Part shown: piece after piece, positions 26,601 to 32,058 of the stretch
Layout: every line of letters starts with the position of its first letter
How positions within the stretch are numbered: the stretch's first letter is position 1
Assembly: GCA_964582615.1 (NCBI GenBank)
Contig: CAZORP010000008.1
Span: forward strand, 3,165-51,436
Reading direction: 5' to 3'
Source: an uncultured Gammaproteobacteria bacterium
Lineage (GTDB): Bacteria; Patescibacteriota; Patescibacteriia; UBA9934
DNA length: 48,272 nucleotides
The notes under the pieces: generated by a model
Told to the model about the DNA's origin: nothing
Databases searched by the model: none
What the model saw: only the letters and a program-made list of their open reading frames with translations
Made by a program: the position numbers and the translations under genes

Positions 26601-26875
26601 GCATCTTGTATTTTCTTTTCGTCTCCTGCTGACGTCATCCATGTCCAACCGCCATAAAGCACGATACACACCGCAACAACACCCAAAAGACCAAGGCCAA
26701 CTCGAATAAGTCGAGCGATGACTATGGTGATATCTTCGGATCCAAGACCTGCCTGATCGCCAACGGTTTCAAGTGAATCTTGTGCGGTTTGAGCAAAGAC
26801 AGGTATCGTCGCCCCTCCTCCAAGAAGCGCCGTCATGAGGCTAAGAGCAAAACCGTAACGAAGGAAACGATTCAT
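17669..26875 (-). CDS. Giant (3,068 aa) surface protein: T4SS-pilin-like N-terminal anchor, Big_5/IPT Ig domains, Cys-rich CGDG repeats, pilin-like head, C-terminal vWA
   Basis: Single uninterrupted ORF in the track. Domain motifs were read directly from its translation; see the sub-features and findings. Confidence 0.9.
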   Translation of the reverse strand: MNRFLRYGFALSLMTALLGGGATIPVFAQTAQDSLETVGDQAGLGSEDITIVIARLIRVGLGLLGVVAVCIVLYGGWTWMTSAGDEKKIQDAKKTMINGFIGMLIILLSWTITSFIMSSILGATGGSIGNSSGNGGSSGGGGSFGGGVSLSAFEVKAISPSGAQTARNLRVSLGFTHAVNEETVADAIEITEKESGKNVEGTFATSGKRVVFTPSQPCEAPNEDRYCFSADTAYVVKVSSSLENTAGKSLTCTSETSCTQTFTAGSLIDTQDPKGEFSAPDADTVVSVDGLEPLEVQAFDDAGVAFADFSVDGVLVDSAVVPYAYALDALLEGEWNTYGVAPGTSHEIIAVIEDVAGNTGKASVEVLARSATCFNDIQDSDLGETGVDCGGDKTLPTYCGACPSGTGSSSSGSSSSSGSSGSGSGSSSSAGSSCEKNYDCGSGAFCEGGVCTELPEITNVTPDNGAVGTYVTISGSSFGTKEGAVYFSNGRGGEVKASLASCSSGWTDTQLVVVVPEGAGDGALRVVAFSQEDDATDDARGELIPDFDVNDTRHPGICAISPSKGSIASVFDLDGYGFGASRDSSVVVFGDNVKEAGSYTAWTDAAISATVPSVSPGKYSVFARVDGEESNEVIFTVRDSASESTDPVIAQLTPSQGGEGQYLTLTGTGFGSRLGNVWFEHEQTGERLQGNMDFPEACSASVWSDEEIVVMVPKGDLGVYALTVETASGESSPVQFVMTDDVAAPGICALSPSEGDAGSTVTIWGENLGSSQGKVIFTGGSGNVTTWSSDEVQVVVPEGVQTGDVYAVNAQNEQESNTKTFFVTSNSQSSGGSPAEVSYAWSFSSGTMPEVPEVITACTDATISAVPNSRFTDAVCTNAIVYVEFTSVMNQGTLDDALIVENEKGEVVDGVYATKENAVAFTPGTSFDRDATYKVRVTTAAMSAQGTPLEKEVSWTFTTSPNGEQCGVENVIVSPEEATLTARGDLQQFIALPVTDCTVLSSKDFSWDWNVSASYARFNEEDPFCSGGESACATIEALAEGDAQVVVYEKDSLVAEDAVLHINFTDPYVTRYYPNCTEACTNAVVGAEFNIPVQPATLSLGTTLYACTNELCTSKQEVAGVTPRCTYDDSNACSGVVFDLERPLEAQKFYRAVISGRVRSESGVPLIRTNDGGDFAWTFRVREDATLCAVSRVSISPSAPTSSEVGDQKLLTASAFGDADSCSVSGQMLDAYAYPWSWTNPIEDENYDDNEDTVVATWFAEGEVDTDPASVAQGCTSLCTSSGSETYSAICGDGVLETIAGEECEDGNISNGDGCSSACLREGGNSFGACGNGQVERRGDGSGEDCDDGNLQDGDGCSAICLAEGSSSVGATCGNKDVALDPTSFAGEECDDGNARNGDGCSSQCINEGTPTFIAIGSALCGNGSLEAPYEGCDDRNVISGDGCSSTCLLEGSSRGYQVPSVCGDGALGMGESCDDSNTENGDGCSSRCLLEGSSGLYAEPSFCGDGRIGTGEVAACERGAGGDGRIDPVQVAEIAPTAPFEVDPETGKAVAHVSVVEDDASLGASVDWTLFCSATRDIQCRDPFVQGVGTGNCCMDRPEVTFASLGNAVCRNASLYATFSQEMDENSFVTTLDSGEIVSSFHVELDTASSGGVCPVSHRKVAFANQSFAERMVRVLRGLILGRDAFAASSYAGCYLPVTGFTQTSQGDGTYRVTLDTEELLVENGSYTLVVIGDEDPFSEGGEDGDRPFVKSVYGVAPMGNARETFRVGSDICKVDLVQVTDGSDAPGYFSSLDESHELTATALSYNQQGGTQEIHPINGVYSWDWTWVSDDDSVVKLVEDKTVGESAVVVSGGKNGDANIAATAEISDMTSGVLVEGRVSGYLPFTALLCENPWPGISSYPWNDDRDHVGEGAVAGAGWMNVSFGYCKDAGSSGSSDDLPGLHVVGIENPQDDSIVKEYLFTIEGTHDAFGLRIAKNPTYDSPLAWYKRQGFAGSPKELTIDGLSAIQDGRTTYIAAPNLSGGNTTFSNIYILSYNDEAGPEASEIYTQILENIQLLTNLSSVGLCTDSLGGFTTTKCSYDGDCGTAGICGDNKAKLSRDMRRLTDITDIGDIIAAYGRENGFCSQTTEQVCASSSDCPESETCRAGVPLLPSGTSVRGLASSVWGSWQEILGGALDMTLPEDPLNVYRGCGASPFTSYNANTCVDEVSGSYVCPLFSAAYHYQAVGQHEAKIFADLEFREASWFYPLESSQDTVTLRAGNISSEKQGFSMVPFCSGIIRGASSVCGDGIVGGSEVCELGERGGSSVACDRNGDGTNDGYTSQMCNGTCTAFIDDAHAVCESSTCGDGIVDVRSETCDDGALNGMYGYCGSDCSYATATFCGDGVTSAGESCDCGDAGLFSSLPSTGRAYESAQSASCVAFNGEYSKSESSGCSWDCQGPAAFCGDGDINEGEVCDGEDAKWAGALCSTGPFAGKPCSSSDECSGGTCGGSAQYSACQSGFTRVRTCDDDAGGTCAYTAAWSSIRCTESGSCGDGVIDADEACDDGNTDPADGCTDSCQYNVCGDGAIYVGEEECDEGSSNGAGCDAGYGSSCSACTTSCRLVISSGSYCGDGVVNGREFCDGSDIPYAYFDSTTDTIFGACSVEDARAGKTVTGSNNTVYTCRRVGMCDGGAQNGEYCTTSLGVFEEDTASCGAFGSCVFPTCSDTCTASCPLSQSSLAVLATPNLAGSSASSTVNLYSYDSSSSATLPNAATLTMPACTVASSLTGTVSLKNVTPPEAYIVFVTDRSSSMATPLDGSDDRLTVAKDVLEQSIRSLFDELGESAHISLVGYSNSGGSGICSSPMAYSCAQDADCTYNNSTTCDDRLSFLTVNQESVLDDRIAEYTTGGSTYTGDALHEAKVMLDGISDSEARKIVVLLTDGSPTDNPESEADLLKANDYELYTVALTTDTSLIASMNEWSSNNGQEIADNGIDYAYDGSTAEDLEDAYKGIVDSLLGITVSVLSSRDGVAKLSTRLVTEGSGIALPWPENFSCDPTSEQEIPLQVTFLGEGMVEVSDIRLEYCAP
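17990..18532 (-). other. C-terminal von Willebrand factor A domain with intact MIDAS (aa ~2782-2962)
   Basis: YIVFVTDRSSSM (D2789-x-S-x-S; codons checked at 18494-18511), GGSTYTGDAL and KIVVLLTDGSPTD. A 40-aa Cys-rich insert (GICSSPMAYSCAQDADCTYNNSTTCDD) sits between beta strands. Confidence 0.8.
18731..20014 (-). repeat. Cys-rich repeat array 2 (about 7 divergent CGDG-initiated units; aa 2288-2715)
   Basis: CGDGIVGGSEVCE.., CGDGIVDVRSETCDDG.., CGDGVTSAGESCDCG.., CGDGDINEGEVCDGE.., CGDGVIDADEACDDGNTDPADGCTDSCQ, CGDGAIYVGEEECDEG.., CGDGVVNGREFCDGS.. Confidence 0.7.
20135..20599 (-). other. Embedded type IV pilin/pseudopilin-like head domain lacking the hydrophobic N-helix (aa ~2093-2247)
   Basis: KAKLSRDMRRLTDITDIGDIIAAYGRENGFC resembles the ARDAxRxxDIxxIxxALxxYxxxNGxYP helix of pilin-like proteins. 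It is followed by LPEDPLN...YHYQAVGQHEAKIFADLE, similar to the usual P-x-DP...Y-x-Y...A-x-LE tail. Confidence 0.4.
22286..23005 (-). repeat. Cys-rich repeat array 1 (5 full + 1 partial CGDG...CDDGN..GDGCS..C..EG units; aa 1291-1530)
   Basis: Units include CGDGVLETIAGEECEDGNISNGDGCSSACLREG, ...GEDCDDGNLQDGDGCSAICLAEG, ...GEECDDGNARNGDGCSSQCINEG, ...EGCDDRNVISGDGCSSTCLLEG and ...GESCDDSNTENGDGCSSRCLLEG. The pattern matches the Myxococcus-type cysteine-rich repeat (DUF4215-like). Confidence 0.75.
24401..25519 (-). other. Array of four IPT/TIG-like Ig domains (aa ~453-825)
   Basis: Four units of P-x-I-x-x-(V/I/L)-(T/S)P-(S/D)-x-G-x-x-G-x-x-(V/L/F)-(T/D)-(I/L)-x-G-x-(G/S/N)-(F/L)-G, e.g. PEITNVTPDNGAVGTYVTISGSSFG, PGICAISPSKGSIASVFDLDGYGFG, PVIAQLTPSQGGEGQYLTLTGTGFG, PGICALSPSEGDAGSTVTIWGENLG. 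Confidence 0.7.
26501..26875 (-). other. TrbC/VirB2-type (T4SS) pilin-like anchor module of the 3,068-aa protein (aa 1-125)
   Basis: A signal peptide ending PVFAQT is followed by two hydrophobic helices around the loop LYGGWTWMTSAGDEKKIQDAKKTMINGFIGMLIILLSWTITSFI, then a Gly/Ser linker. Confidence 0.6.
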
Positions 26876-26881
26876 AGACGA

Positions 26882-28675
26882 TTAGAAAAGATCACAGGTT
26901 TCTGAAGATTCTTTACCATTGCAACATGAAGGACCCGAGCAAACTCCCCCATCACGACCAGGTCCTTCCGCGGGAACGTAACAGTTTTGATACGCGTTTT
27001 TAATTCCACTACCAAGCGTAACACCATACATATACGTCTTTCCTTCAATGGATTCGAGGAATGTTCCATGAGAAAGCGTCACGAGTGTTTTTTGTGCAAC
27101 TCCACTGCGCTGATGAACTTCATTTCCCTCACCGTCAAGATACGTTGCCTTTGGACGATACCAAAGCTCATGAGAAGTTTGAGATACCGCCTCTTTATTG
27201 GTGAGTGAAATGACATCACTCACCACCGTGTCAGCGAGAAGAACATCGGAAAATACCGCGGTAATTGGAATATCAAGCGCAACATCCGACCCCAGGATGT
27301 TAGGAGAAATTGTTTCAAGAACGGGACCATCAAGCGCAATGCTATCGGTTGTTGAAAACCACCAAGAAATATCATCACCCCCAGCGCCATCATTATTTCC
27401 ATCAAGTGCATTTCCAGAAACATCAGCAATACCATCGTAAGGATATACATCAACTTGTGGAGGATTACTTCCCACTGTTGCGGCCTGCACCAAAACCGAA
27501 ACCGTCTGATCTCCCGGAAGACAATACAATGTATCTCCACAAGAATTAGTTCCGCAAGCATCGGTAGGAATGAACGTCACCGTGGTGTATCCATTGCTCA
27601 GCGCATACGTTCCTCGCAAAGGAATTCGGTCACTTCCCGACGTTTGGATGATATCGTAACCCCCGGAACTTTCTCTTGTTCCTGAAGCGGAAAGTGGATC
27701 AATAGGTTCATCGAACGTCATCTGAACGGTGATATTGCGAGCATATGAGCTTCCTTGACTTGGAACAACCGAAAGAAGCGTTGGCGGCTCAGTGTCAATA
27801 GTAGTTCCTGTTTCAAACGACCAAAGATACCCATCAGCGTATTCTCCTGTAAAAAATGCATCACCTTGGGCGCTGGAAAAATCTCCACTAAGAAAAACTG
27901 AATAAGATACTGGGCTCGAAGGAGATCCAAGATACTCCTGAGGATCGAATACTACCGTGTGAAGATCGGAAGAAAACGCAACGGTCACATTGCTAAGCGC
28001 AGTCTCCTGACCGTCCGCCGTTCGATAAATCTTTACCACGTCAGTATTAAGCATGAGATCACCCTGACTTACATCGTCACTTACATCTTCAGGGGTACCA
28101 TTGTCATCATAGTTAAGAATGATGTCTTCAAGCATAACCGCTTGCTTAAACGTCACGATAACCCGAGCGTTGCGAGGAATATCGGTAGCATTTCTTTCAG
28201 GGTAGTGGTCACGTAGGGATCCACTGCCAAGTGCGCCAGAAAGACGTTCAACAGCGACCGTTGCATATGAAACATCTTTATTGCCATCTTTTACTAATCC
28301 GGAATCACTCAGGAAATTAATGACAAACGTTGTAATCGCGTACGCTGAGAGCAAAATAACCAATCCTACAACACCATTGATTAAGATTCCTCGAGCCTTT
28401 TCAATTTGCTTAGGATCACCCTGCGCATTCATCCAAAGCCAACCTGCATACAAAACAAGAAACAGGAAAACAACGCCTAGCAGTGAAAGAACGATGTTAA
28501 TAAGCGTTCCTAAGATATCAATGAAACTTGTTTGAGAAAAGCCAGCAGTTTGAGCAACTTCCGTTGCTGAAGTCTGCACGTCAAGCGATTGCGCGAATGT
28601 CGTTTGGGCTCCCGCAAAAATCATGCACACACCAAGAAAAAGTGCGATGCGAGAAAGGGGCGAAGAAAAAGCCAT
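26882..28675 (-). CDS. 597-aa surface protein: T4SS-pilin-like N-terminal anchor + three SbsA/Big_5-like Ig domains + Cys-rich tail
   Basis: A signal peptide ending TTFAQS is followed by LYAGWLWMNAQGDPKQIEKARGILINGVVGLVILLSAYAITTFV. Big_5-like units begin at EPPTLLSVVPSQGSSYARNITVQMTFDEPI and DGPVLETISPNILGSDVALDIPITAVFSDVL. The tail is CSGPSCCNGKESSETCDLF. Its stop lies 6 nt before the next ATG. Confidence 0.85.
   Translation of the reverse strand: MAFSSPLSRIALFLGVCMIFAGAQTTFAQSLDVQTSATEVAQTAGFSQTSFIDILGTLINIVLSLLGVVFLFLVLYAGWLWMNAQGDPKQIEKARGILINGVVGLVILLSAYAITTFVINFLSDSGLVKDGNKDVSYATVAVERLSGALGSGSLRDHYPERNATDIPRNARVIVTFKQAVMLEDIILNYDDNGTPEDVSDDVSQGDLMLNTDVVKIYRTADGQETALSNVTVAFSSDLHTVVFDPQEYLGSPSSPVSYSVFLSGDFSSAQGDAFFTGEYADGYLWSFETGTTIDTEPPTLLSVVPSQGSSYARNITVQMTFDEPIDPLSASGTRESSGGYDIIQTSGSDRIPLRGTYALSNGYTTVTFIPTDACGTNSCGDTLYCLPGDQTVSVLVQAATVGSNPPQVDVYPYDGIADVSGNALDGNNDGAGGDDISWWFSTTDSIALDGPVLETISPNILGSDVALDIPITAVFSDVLLADTVVSDVISLTNKEAVSQTSHELWYRPKATYLDGEGNEVHQRSGVAQKTLVTLSHGTFLESIEGKTYMYGVTLGSGIKNAYQNCYVPAEGPGRDGGVCSGPSCCNGKESSETCDLF
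28301..28675 (-). other. TrbC/VirB2-type pilin-like anchor module of the 597-aa protein (aa 1-125)
   Basis: Alignable position by position with aa 40-125 of the 3,068-aa protein: LLG-VV....VLY.GW.WM...GD...I..A....ING..G..ILLS..IT.F. Confidence 0.6.
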
Positions 28676-28716
28676 ATCACCCCATATTTTACCCCATCCA
28701 ATCTTGCAATGAGAGA

Positions 28717-29823
28717 TTATTTCTTGGGAACTGGGGACAACACTCTAGCGAGCTCGCTCTTGAGGTGCAAAAGCCCCTCCTTCGTACGCGCGGAAACAAG
28801 CAGTCCCTCAGGATACTTTTCACAAAGTTCTTGACGAGCACGCTCATCGAGGAGATCTATTTTGTTAAGGACAAGAATGCAGGGAGTCTCTTCAACCCGA
28901 AGAAGCTTCAAGATATCTCTCACAACACCAATCTTTCTTGTGCATGCAGAATCAGAACCATCAGCAACAAGAAGAAGTACATCCGCATGCACTGCTTCGG
29001 ATAGTGTTGCGGTAAATGCATTAATCAGCGAAGGAGGAAGTCCTTCAATGAATCCAATGGTATCTGAAATAAGAACCGCTGTTTGACTTTCGGGCAAAAA
29101 CGCTTCTCCTACCCGAGTATCAAGCGTCGCGAAAAGCTTATCCTCGCCATGCTCTTGTTTTTTTGTAAGCGCCGCAAGTAGCGATGTTTTTCCTGCATTT
29201 GTATATCCAACCAAGGCGACCGTTGCCCTCCCTTGTCGCTCCCGACGCTTTCGCTGTTCCTGCCTTGTATGCTCGTAACGTTCAAGTTTCTCAAGAATCG
29301 TTCGCTCTTGCTCGCGAATATGACGCTTCATGGCTTCAGTATTTCCCTCACCACTTCCACCGCGAGTTCCCGTTCCTCCACGCTGACGACCCAATTGTTG
29401 TCCCATGTTAAAAATGCGAGGTCCCATGTGACGAAGTCTTGCGAGCTCAATCTCAAGCTTCGCTTCGGCAGTTGTGGCGTGCTTTTCAAAAATATGCAAA
29501 ATAAGATCTATACGATCCCACACCTTTACACCAACAGGGCGCAATGCTTCTTCGAGACGGAACATCTGACTCGGCTTGAGTACCGCATTTACAATAAGCA
29601 CCGTTGCTTTCCAGGAAGATGCATGCGCAAGAAGTTCCTCTACCTTTCCCTTTCCTAAGAACGTTTGGTGATCGGGAACAGCACGACGTTGAATAGTGTG
29701 CACAACTGCAATACCACCGTACGTTTTAGTAAGTTCCTCAAGCTCAGCCATGCGGTAGAGCGCTTCGGATTTTGGTACGGAAAAATGAACAACGTCAGCA
29801 AGAATTGCTCGATGTGCAAACAT
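28717..29823 (-). CDS. hflX: GTPase HflX
   Basis: G1 is VGYTNAGKTSLL, G3 is DTIGFI and G4 is NKIDL. The N-terminal HflX domain carries GKGKVEEL. Confidence 0.85.
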   Translation of the reverse strand: MFAHRAILADVVHFSVPKSEALYRMAELEELTKTYGGIAVVHTIQRRAVPDHQTFLGKGKVEELLAHASSWKATVLIVNAVLKPSQMFRLEEALRPVGVKVWDRIDLILHIFEKHATTAEAKLEIELARLRHMGPRIFNMGQQLGRQRGGTGTRGGSGEGNTEAMKRHIREQERTILEKLERYEHTRQEQRKRRERQGRATVALVGYTNAGKTSLLAALTKKQEHGEDKLFATLDTRVGEAFLPESQTAVLISDTIGFIEGLPPSLINAFTATLSEAVHADVLLLVADGSDSACTRKIGVVRDILKLLRVEETPCILVLNKIDLLDERARQELCEKYPEGLLVSARTKEGLLHLKSELARVLSPVPKK

Positions 29824-30278
29824 TAGGAATTTTTTTCAAGAATTTTATCAAGAGCCGCCTTAATACGAGATCCATCCGCAATTCCCTGCAACTCTTTCAC
29901 TAAAAGACCCATAGCCTTTCCCGCCGCTTGAGATCCCTGAATACCAAGCTCGGTAACTTTTTGACGCACCTTCTCCTCAAGATCCGCATCGGAAAGTTGC
30001 TCGGGTAGATATCGCTGTAAGATCGCAAGCTCCTCCTCAGCTTTCTTTGCAAGATCTTCACGGGCCGCGGAAACAAAAGAATCCAAAGCATCCTTAAGCT
30101 TCTTCGCGTCCGAGGCAAGGACTGAAATGATATCCGCATCGGAAAGTTCCTTATTAAGTTCCATGGCCTTATTTTTCACCGAAGAAATTGCCATGCGAAG
30201 AACATCAAGCGTTTGAGCATCGTGCCCCTTCATGGCGGTCTTCATGTCTTCCTGGAGTTTTTGGAGAAGTGTTTGCAT
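29823..30278 (-). CDS. GatB/YqeY domain protein
   Basis: 151-aa helical protein: LQEDMKTAMKGHDAQTLDVLRMAISSVKN...ILQRYLPEQLSDADL. It lies downstream of rpsU, as in many Firmicutes-like operons. Confidence 0.75.
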   Translation of the reverse strand: MQTLLQKLQEDMKTAMKGHDAQTLDVLRMAISSVKNKAMELNKELSDADIISVLASDAKKLKDALDSFVSAAREDLAKKAEEELAILQRYLPEQLSDADLEEKVRQKVTELGIQGSQAAGKAMGLLVKELQGIADGSRIKAALDKILEKNS

Positions 30279-30299
30279 ACAAAAGAAAAAGATAGTTTT

Positions 30300-30327
30300 A
30301 GTATAGCGATCCCTTGGGAGATTACAA
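30300..30327 (-). promoter_or_regulatory. Putative promoter TTGTAA-N16-TATACT upstream of the yqeY-like gene
   Basis: The minus strand reads TTGTAAtctcccaagggatcgcTATACT, 21 nt before the ATG at 30278. Confidence 0.35.
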
Positions 30328-30333
30328 GATCAC

Positions 30334-30362
30334 AAAAGAAAAACACTGGAAAAATCCAGTGT
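30334..30362 (-). terminator. Intrinsic terminator after rpsU
   Basis: The minus strand reads ACACTGGAttttTCCAGTGT (8-bp stem, 4-nt loop) followed by TTTTCTTTTG. It starts 6 nt after the rpsU stop. Confidence 0.55.
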
Positions 30363-30367
30363 TTCTT

Positions 30368-30616
30368 TTAGCGACGACCGCGGAGCTCTTCTTCGGTAAT
30401 CTTTCCCGTCTTGAGAAGGTACGCGCGATGCGCAGCCTTTTTGAGGGATCGGATTGCAGAATCGTGAACTTTGTTCTTTTTTGGAGTTTTTACCCAAAAA
30501 CGATTTGCTTTTACCGTGAGAGACTTTCCGCTTTGTTGCATGCGGCGGGTAAAGCGACGCAAAAGAGCGTCAAAACTTTCTCCCTTTTTTCGTTTGGTTT
30601 CGATATAGCTAGACAC
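30368..30616 (-). CDS. rpsU: 30S ribosomal protein S21
   Basis: 82-aa basic protein. ESFDALLRRFTRRMQQSGK resembles the S21 core (E-x-F-D-x-A-L-R-R-F-K-R). Confidence 0.8.
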   Translation of the reverse strand: MSSYIETKRKKGESFDALLRRFTRRMQQSGKSLTVKANRFWVKTPKKNKVHDSAIRSLKKAAHRAYLLKTGKITEEELRGRR

Positions 30617-30645
30617 ATGATTTCACCTACTTTTCAATGTGAAGG

Positions 30646-30674
30646 AGTATACAGGAAGGAATAAATGACGTCAA
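30646..30674 (-). promoter_or_regulatory. Promoter of rpsU (TTGACG-N17-TATACT) with downstream AGGTGA Shine-Dalgarno
   Basis: The minus strand reads cTTGACGtcatttattccttcctgTATACTccttcacattgaaaagtAGGTGAaatcATG. Confidence 0.5.
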
Positions 30675-30675
30675 G

Positions 30676-32046
30676 CTAGGCCTGTGGTGCAACAACGGGA
30701 GGCTGCGCGGGTCCTCGAAGATCTTGAAGGCGCTTGAGTACCAATGCGACAACCTTTTCAGCGTCGACAATTTCTTGCACGCCAGATTCCATATCGCGAA
30801 TAATCACCGTTCCATCAAGAACTTCCTTTTGACCAAGAATAATCGCAAAAGGAGCCTTTGCCTTATCAGCCATTTCCAATTGACCCTTGAGACTTCCCTT
30901 TGAAAAAGCCTCGGCGATTTCAATATTTGCCTCACGGAATTTTTCATAAATGCGAAGACCCTTGCGACGAGCGGCTTCTCCTAACTGACAGAAGAAGACG
31001 TCAGCGCGGTACTGCGCAACAGGAGCTTTTCCAGCTGCTTTTACCGCATTAAGTACACGTTCAACGCCAAGTGCGGCGCCAATGGCACCAGTTTCTTCGC
31101 GTCCACCAAAAAGTGGAATGAGTCCGTCGTAACGGCCGCCACCACCAAGTGCAGATTGAGCACCCTCCTCGGAAGAAGGGTTCGAGAGGACAACTTCAAA
31201 AACTGTCTTACTGTAATAATCAAGCCCTCGAACCAAGTATGGATTCAGCGCATACGTAACACCAGCATCGTCGAGATACTCAAGAACACGCATAAAGTGT
31301 TGCTTGGATTCTTCATCGATGTACTCAAGAAGCTGTGGAGCTTCAGCGCGAATTTCATCCATGCCGTCTTCCTTGGAATCAAGGACGCGCAAAGGATTGC
31401 GAAGAAGACGCTTTTGATCAACTTCACTCAATTGTTGCTTAACTGACTTAAAGTATTTCACCAAGTCTTGAAGATAAACCTTGCGAGAAGCGAGTGTTCC
31501 AAGAGAGTTAATACGAATAGTGACATCGAGTCCAAGATCGCGACAAAAACGCTCCGTCATGAGAATAATCTGCGCATCCACGATTGGGTCAGCGGAACCA
31601 ATTGCCTCAAAACCAAGTTGCCAGAATTGGCGATAGCGCCCAGCCTGTGGACGTTCGTGACGGAACATTGGCTCAAAGTACCAAAGCTTTACCGGTTGTG
31701 ACTGATTAACCATGCCGTGCTCAACATACGCACGAGCAACTCCCGCCGTTCCCTCCGGTCGAAGCGTCATCTTCACGCCACCCTGATCAACAAAGGTAAA
31801 CATCTCTTTCTCAACAATATCGGTATCCTTACCAATACCACGCTCAAAAAGCGTTGTTTGCTCGAGTGCAGGAAGTCGGATTCTTCCAAATCCATACGCA
31901 CGAGCAAGAGAACGTGCTACTTGCTCTGCTTTATCCCAAAGAGCTTGTTCATCAGGAAGGATGTCGCGGAATCCGCGAAGAGTTTCAGGGGCTTTTGTAG
32001 TTTTCTTTGGAGCTTTTACAGCTTTTGCTGGGGAAACTTTTGGCAT
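30676..32046 (-). CDS. hisS: Histidine--tRNA ligase
   Basis: 456 aa with class II motifs: LRGFRDILPDE, FRHERPQAGRYRQFWQ, GGGGRYDGL. The C-terminal anticodon-binding domain is present. Confidence 0.9.
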   Translation of the reverse strand: MPKVSPAKAVKAPKKTTKAPETLRGFRDILPDEQALWDKAEQVARSLARAYGFGRIRLPALEQTTLFERGIGKDTDIVEKEMFTFVDQGGVKMTLRPEGTAGVARAYVEHGMVNQSQPVKLWYFEPMFRHERPQAGRYRQFWQLGFEAIGSADPIVDAQIILMTERFCRDLGLDVTIRINSLGTLASRKVYLQDLVKYFKSVKQQLSEVDQKRLLRNPLRVLDSKEDGMDEIRAEAPQLLEYIDEESKQHFMRVLEYLDDAGVTYALNPYLVRGLDYYSKTVFEVVLSNPSSEEGAQSALGGGGRYDGLIPLFGGREETGAIGAALGVERVLNAVKAAGKAPVAQYRADVFFCQLGEAARRKGLRIYEKFREANIEIAEAFSKGSLKGQLEMADKAKAPFAIILGQKEVLDGTVIIRDMESGVQEIVDAEKVVALVLKRLQDLRGPAQPPVVAPQA

Positions 32047-32058
32047 ATTGGCGTCACT

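Noticed and set aside
17669-26875. The giant proteins read as polymorphic toxins (Rhs/YD, CdiA-like), or the locus read as a conjugative T4SS.
   Set aside because: There are no YD/RHS or filamentous haemagglutinin repeats and no C-terminal toxin plus small immunity gene pair; the downstream genes are TSP3-repeat membrane proteins. The window has no VirB4, VirD4, VirB6 or relaxase genes. Only the pilin-like anchor resembles T4SS parts.
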